Assembly: GCA_964485195.1 (NCBI GenBank)
Contig: CAZAIK010000005.1
Span: 3,773 to 67,772 of the forward strand
Direction of reading: 5' to 3'
From: an uncultured Methanosarcinales archaeon
GTDB taxonomy: Archaea; Nanobdellota; Nanobdellia; Woesearchaeales; CAIVOO01
DNA length: 64,000 nucleotides
Shown here in pieces: positions 60,114 through 64,000 of this stretch. How positions within the stretch are numbered: the stretch's first letter is position 1; each line of letters opens with the position of its first letter. The translations under genes were made by a program, and so were the position numbers. The notes below the pieces were generated by a model, which did not search any database, had not been told where the DNA came from, and saw only the letters and a list, made by a program, of their open reading frames with translations.

Positions 60114-61369
60114 TTGCCGCTGATAATCCCGTATCCGATAAGCCTGAACCTTGTCCCGACCCTTCTGGATATGGAAAGTCTTGAGCCTTCGTCTGCGCAT
60201 ATGGGAATTTTCAGTTTGCAGCTGAACTGGTTTTTTGAAATATTGTTAACTATACCCACTGTGGCTGCTGAATTTACATTGAGCATTAAGGGCTCGCCTA
60301 TTTTTATGGGCTCAACCTCTGTTTCTTTTTTCGTTCCCACCACCCGGGCCAGCAGGTGCGTTTCCACAGTCAAGGATTCCCACACCGGCGGAAGCTGGTC
60401 TTTTTTCCCTATTACAACCCCTGCCAGCTGGTCTGACTTGACTATGGAAGGGTCCAGCTCTGTCAGCAATGCTATGGAACCCCCCGGGATTACCTCCTCC
60501 ACATCAGAACCGCCTGTCTTCAACGAGCTGATTTTGGAGAAAAATGATTTCCAGCTAACCTTTCCTTCCTTGTCTGTTTTTCTTCCGGGCTTTATCTCAA
60601 TTTCATCGCCAACTTTCAGCTTTCCTTTTTTCAGCGCCCCTCCAATAACACCTCCCATCATTTTTGATGGTGCTATCCCCGGTTTGTTTATGTCAAATGA
60701 CCTTGCCACCAGCATCAGGGGAGGAGTGTCCAAATCCCTTTCAGGAGTGGGCATCTTTTCCTGGATTGCCTCTATTAGTGCATCTATGTTAACGCCAAAC
60801 TGTGCTGAGATGGGGATAACAGGAGCGTCTTCATACTCAGTCCCCTTGAGAAATTCCTTTATTTCATTATAGTTTTGCGTTGCTTCCTCCTCTGACACAA
60901 GGTCCACCTTGTTCTGGAGAACTATCACATCTTTTATTCCTGTAATCTGCAATGCCATAAGATGCTCCTTTGTCTGGGGCTGGGGGCATTTCTCGTTTGC
61001 AGACACCAGAAGCAATGCCCCGTCAATTATGGTTGCTCCTGAGAGCATAGTTGCCATCAGGGATTCGTGGCCGGGAGCGTCTATCAGGGAAACCTTCCTG
61101 ACAGGCACAGAATCTTCATTGCATTCAAGGCACATTTCCTTCACAGTGTAATTGCCGCATTTGGAGCATTTCCTGAAAACCACATCAGCGTATCCCAGTC
61201 TTATGGTTATGCCTTTCTTGATTTCCTCAGAATGAGTATCGGTCCATTTTCCTGAGAGCCTTTCCGCCAGTGTGGTCTTCCCGTGATCGACGTGGCCTAC
61301 CAACCCTATGTTTACCTCTGGCTGGGGATTCAATTCATTTTCTTTTTTTGATTGCTTTTTTTTTGGCAT
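60110..61369 (-). CDS. eif2g: Translation initiation factor 2 gamma subunit
   Basis: GHVDHGKTT, DAPGHE, QPQTKEH, NKVD, RSFDINKPG. Confidence 0.97.
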   Translation of the reverse strand: MPKKKQSKKENELNPQPEVNIGLVGHVDHGKTTLAERLSGKWTDTHSEEIKKGITIRLGYADVVFRKCSKCGNYTVKEMCLECNEDSVPVRKVSLIDAPGHESLMATMLSGATIIDGALLLVSANEKCPQPQTKEHLMALQITGIKDVIVLQNKVDLVSEEEATQNYNEIKEFLKGTEYEDAPVIPISAQFGVNIDALIEAIQEKMPTPERDLDTPPLMLVARSFDINKPGIAPSKMMGGVIGGALKKGKLKVGDEIEIKPGRKTDKEGKVSWKSFFSKISSLKTGGSDVEEVIPGGSIALLTELDPSIVKSDQLAGVVIGKKDQLPPVWESLTVETHLLARVVGTKKETEVEPIKIGEPLMLNVNSAATVGIVNNISKNQFSCKLKIPICADEGSRLSISRRVGTRFRLIGYGIISGK

Positions 61370-61371
61370 GT

Positions 61372-61512
61372 TCAAGCTATAAGTCCCAGTATCACAAATA
61401 TTATTCCCACACCTATCGCAAGGTAAGCGTATTGTTCGTCTTTGGGCAGCTTGCTGAAATTCTTGAAAAAGCCTTTTATCTTGCTGAAATCAATATTGAC
61501 CTTCTTGCTCAT
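61372..61512 (-). CDS. 46-aa C-terminally anchored membrane peptide
   Basis: MSKKVNIDFSKIKGFFKNFSKLPKDEQYAYLAIGVGIIFVILGLIA; overlaps the rps6e stop and exactly fills the gap to eif2g. Confidence 0.7.
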   Translation of the reverse strand: MSKKVNIDFSKIKGFFKNFSKLPKDEQYAYLAIGVGIIFVILGLIA

Positions 61513-62042
61513 GATTTATCCGCCTCCTTAGATGGTTCTGCTTTTTCCTCTGCTGCTGCTTTCTTTTCCTCTTTTTTCTCTGCCTTCTTCCCTGTCGTTT
61601 CTTCTGCTTTCTGCTCCTGCGGTTTCTCTTCTGTCTTTTCCCCTTTTGACTCTTCCTTGCCTTCTTCCTTTGCTTCCTCCTCTCCAAGAGGGGCCTTGCC
61701 GTACTTTGTGACTTTCATATTTATCTGGGAAGTTTTCTCATATACTGTGCTGCCTGCGACTGTCTTCCTCTGCTTGAGCCCCTTTCCTTTCTTGTTTATT
61801 CCTGTTCCTTCTACTGCAAGGATTTTTTTCCTCAGGGTTCCCTGAACGTCACCGCGCATGGGAAAGCCTGCAGAGTCAGAGCCCCCTGTGATTTTGAACT
61901 GGTATCCTGCAATGCTTATTATCTCGCCTTTAATCTCATCACCTACATTGAACCCCACAAACCTCTTCGCGTTATCATCTTTAACGATTTTTTGATAGCT
62001 CTTCCCTGTCTTGGGGTCAGAAATCACTATTTTCAGTTCCAT
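61509..62042 (-). CDS. rps6e: 30S ribosomal protein S6e with charged tail
   Basis: ISDPKTGKS, ITGGSDSAGFPMR, RKTV; GGAGGT RBS. Confidence 0.96.
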   Translation of the reverse strand: MELKIVISDPKTGKSYQKIVKDDNAKRFVGFNVGDEIKGEIISIAGYQFKITGGSDSAGFPMRGDVQGTLRKKILAVEGTGINKKGKGLKQRKTVAGSTVYEKTSQINMKVTKYGKAPLGEEEAKEEGKEESKGEKTEEKPQEQKAEETTGKKAEKKEEKKAAAEEKAEPSKEADKS

Positions 62043-62148
62043 TTTTACCTCCCGAGGCCAAGCCACTTTTGTGACGCCCTGCCAAGGTGCCTCAGCAGTT
62101 AAACGAGTGTTAGGATATATTTATAAAGGTTTGGATTGGCTTCATCAC

Positions 62149-63099
62149 ATGAGCTTCCAGGACATTCCCAAGATAGAGGACGCAAAATTTTATGTAAACC
62201 TTGCCTTCAAGACAGCCAATGAAAAGGCGCAGCAGGCGAGGCAGAAGGTTTCAAAACAAAGGAGTGTTCTGGAAAAGTCAAAGGTCATAGAGATAGAGAA
62301 GCTGAGAGCTGTGAAGGATTTTCTCACAAAAAAACTGGGCAAAATCATTAAGGATTTTCCAAGCATCAATAACCTGAACAAGTTTTATGAAGAGCTCCTG
62401 AAATGCTATGCAGAGGTTGACAAGCTGAAGAAAGCTCTTGCCTCGCTCAACTGGGCTGCAAACAAGGTTTCTGATTTTTTTGTGATGTACAGGAACAAGA
62501 TAAAGGCCACAAGAAACTTTGAAAAAATCAATGAGTACAGGAGAATGTTTTACGGCAGGGTTTCTTCCGCAATGAAGCAGGTTGACAGGAATCTTGAGAT
62601 CATAGAGAACGCCAGGCGGGCTGTCAAGGATTTTCCTGTGATCAAGGAAGGACTCTTCACAGCAGCCATTTCTGGATTTCCCAACGTGGGAAAGTCAACA
62701 TTGTTGTCAAAGCTTTCCAGCTCCAAGCCTGAGATAGCGGGATATGCCTTCACAACCAAGAGCCTCAATGTGGGCTACATAATGAAAGACAGCAGGAAAG
62801 CGGTGCAGCTCATTGACACGCCCGGAACACTCAACAGGTTTGACAGGATGAACAACATAGAGAAACAGGCTCATCTCGCAATGAAGCATCTTGCCGATGC
62901 AATCGTTTATGTCTTTGACCCCACTGAAACATATCCGATGAAAGAGCAGGAAAAACTGCTGAAAAAGGTCAAGAAGGATTTTGACAGGAAAACAATAGTC
63001 TATGTGAGCAAGACCGACCTCGCTGAAACAAGCAAGAAAGGGTTCACTGATCCTGAAGATCTGAAAAAGGAATTGCTAAAACGCGCCGGGGTTGGCTGA
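62149..63099 (+). CDS. NOG1-family GTPase
   Basis: GFPNVGKST, YAFTTK, DTPG, SKTD. Confidence 0.93.
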   Translation: MSFQDIPKIEDAKFYVNLAFKTANEKAQQARQKVSKQRSVLEKSKVIEIEKLRAVKDFLTKKLGKIIKDFPSINNLNKFYEELLKCYAEVDKLKKALASLNWAANKVSDFFVMYRNKIKATRNFEKINEYRRMFYGRVSSAMKQVDRNLEIIENARRAVKDFPVIKEGLFTAAISGFPNVGKSTLLSKLSSSKPEIAGYAFTTKSLNVGYIMKDSRKAVQLIDTPGTLNRFDRMNNIEKQAHLAMKHLADAIVYVFDPTETYPMKEQEKLLKKVKKDFDRKTIVYVSKTDLAETSKKGFTDPEDLKKELLKRAGVG

Positions 63100-63990
63100 G
63101 ACAAGCTCCTTTATTCCAGGCACCTTGCTGTTCTTGAAGCTGTAGTCTATGTTCCTTGAAAGCGGAGCCATTGCAGGCACGTCGTGAAGCCCCATCTTTT
63201 CAAGCTGTTCCTTCTCCACTCCATATTCCTGCAGGATTAATGAGCAGTTCTCAAGCCCCCTTATTCCTATAATGTAATGGAGTGCATAGGAAATAAGATG
63301 AAGGCTTTCGCTGTCAACTGGCTTTCCCTCGAACACTTTCAAAAGTTTTGCTGTCCTGTCAACTTTGTCCTGAACCTCATAAATCTCATTGGCAAGGTTT
63401 ATCGTTTTCACTGCCCCTGTGTTTATGCTTTTGTATTCAAAAGCAGGCGGGACATTTACGCCCCCTATCCTGTTGGTCAGCGCGAGATAGAAGAGAATGT
63501 CCTTCCTGGAAACATCGTCCAGCATTTCGTCTATGCAAGGCACAGTAAGTTCGCCAAAGCCCTCAAACCTTTTTTTCATGAGCTTGCCTGTAATGTCTTT
63601 CTCTGTTTTATCTATAACTATTTCTGCAGGGGATTCAGGGTCAAACTCATCCATAAATTTGGTTTTTGTCATCTCGTGCACAATCCCCTTAAGGGTTTTC
63701 ACCGCAGAGTCCGTCCTTTTGATTTTCGGTTCGTAAGTTTCTGGTTTGCATTGCTCCCCTGAAGCAGACCTTGCAACAACTCCGTGCAGGGAAGGGCAGT
63801 GATTCCTTACCTCCAAAAACTGCTCGTCAAGAAGCACGTACCAAAAAGGCCCGGCGTGATGGATTATTCCCCAGTTCTGCCCCTTGTTCCGGGCAACATA
63901 CTCATATGCCCTGACCTGGTCGTCCCCGTCAGGAAACAGCCCTTGTATTAACTTGTCAAGCTCCACTGTGTTTTCCGAGAGCATAAGCAT
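63076..63990 (-). CDS. Hypothetical protein (start uncertain at window edge)
   Basis: 304-aa ORF with no recognised motif. Confidence 0.65.
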   Translation of the reverse strand: MLMLSENTVELDKLIQGLFPDGDDQVRAYEYVARNKGQNWGIIHHAGPFWYVLLDEQFLEVRNHCPSLHGVVARSASGEQCKPETYEPKIKRTDSAVKTLKGIVHEMTKTKFMDEFDPESPAEIVIDKTEKDITGKLMKKRFEGFGELTVPCIDEMLDDVSRKDILFYLALTNRIGGVNVPPAFEYKSINTGAVKTINLANEIYEVQDKVDRTAKLLKVFEGKPVDSESLHLISYALHYIIGIRGLENCSLILQEYGVEKEQLEKMGLHDVPAMAPLSRNIDYSFKNSKVPGIKELVSANPGAF

Positions 63991-64000
63991 TTTGGAGGCA

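Overview
Gene-dense archaeal chromosome segment, most consistent with a DPANN (Woesearchaeota-like) genome; the taxonomy is inferred from gene content, not from a database search. Archaeal core genes (srp54, eIF2-gamma, rps6e, rps19e, rpl21e, rpl31e, rpl39e, rpo4, sepF, Lhr, ZPR1, NOG1) are mixed with bacterial-type genes (thrS, gyrB with an HNH intein, Fpg, PolX). Metabolic genes include a four-subunit pyruvate:ferredoxin oxidoreductase operon, transketolase, class I aldolase and TreT. The most unusual observations are: (1) a tRNA with a Ser-type body but a CAG (Leu) anticodon arm, whose halves are 2.6 kb apart, separated by an antisense ABC-transporter pair and a 9-bp direct repeat; (2) a surface/fibre-like gene with a cleanly inverted 116-bp internal segment that restores one 182-aa ORF when flipped; (3) tRNAs with several non-canonical BHB introns (8/9, D-loop, 59/60); (4) an oxidative-damage/base-excision-repair island (H1-like CxxC peptide, SOD, ligase, PolX, disulfide reductase, Fpg, UDG, DUF72); (5) a 141-bp MITE-like element with a 9-bp target-site duplication; and (6) an unexplained multi-hairpin RNA, plus decayed LAGLIDADG and MazF/antitoxin remnants.
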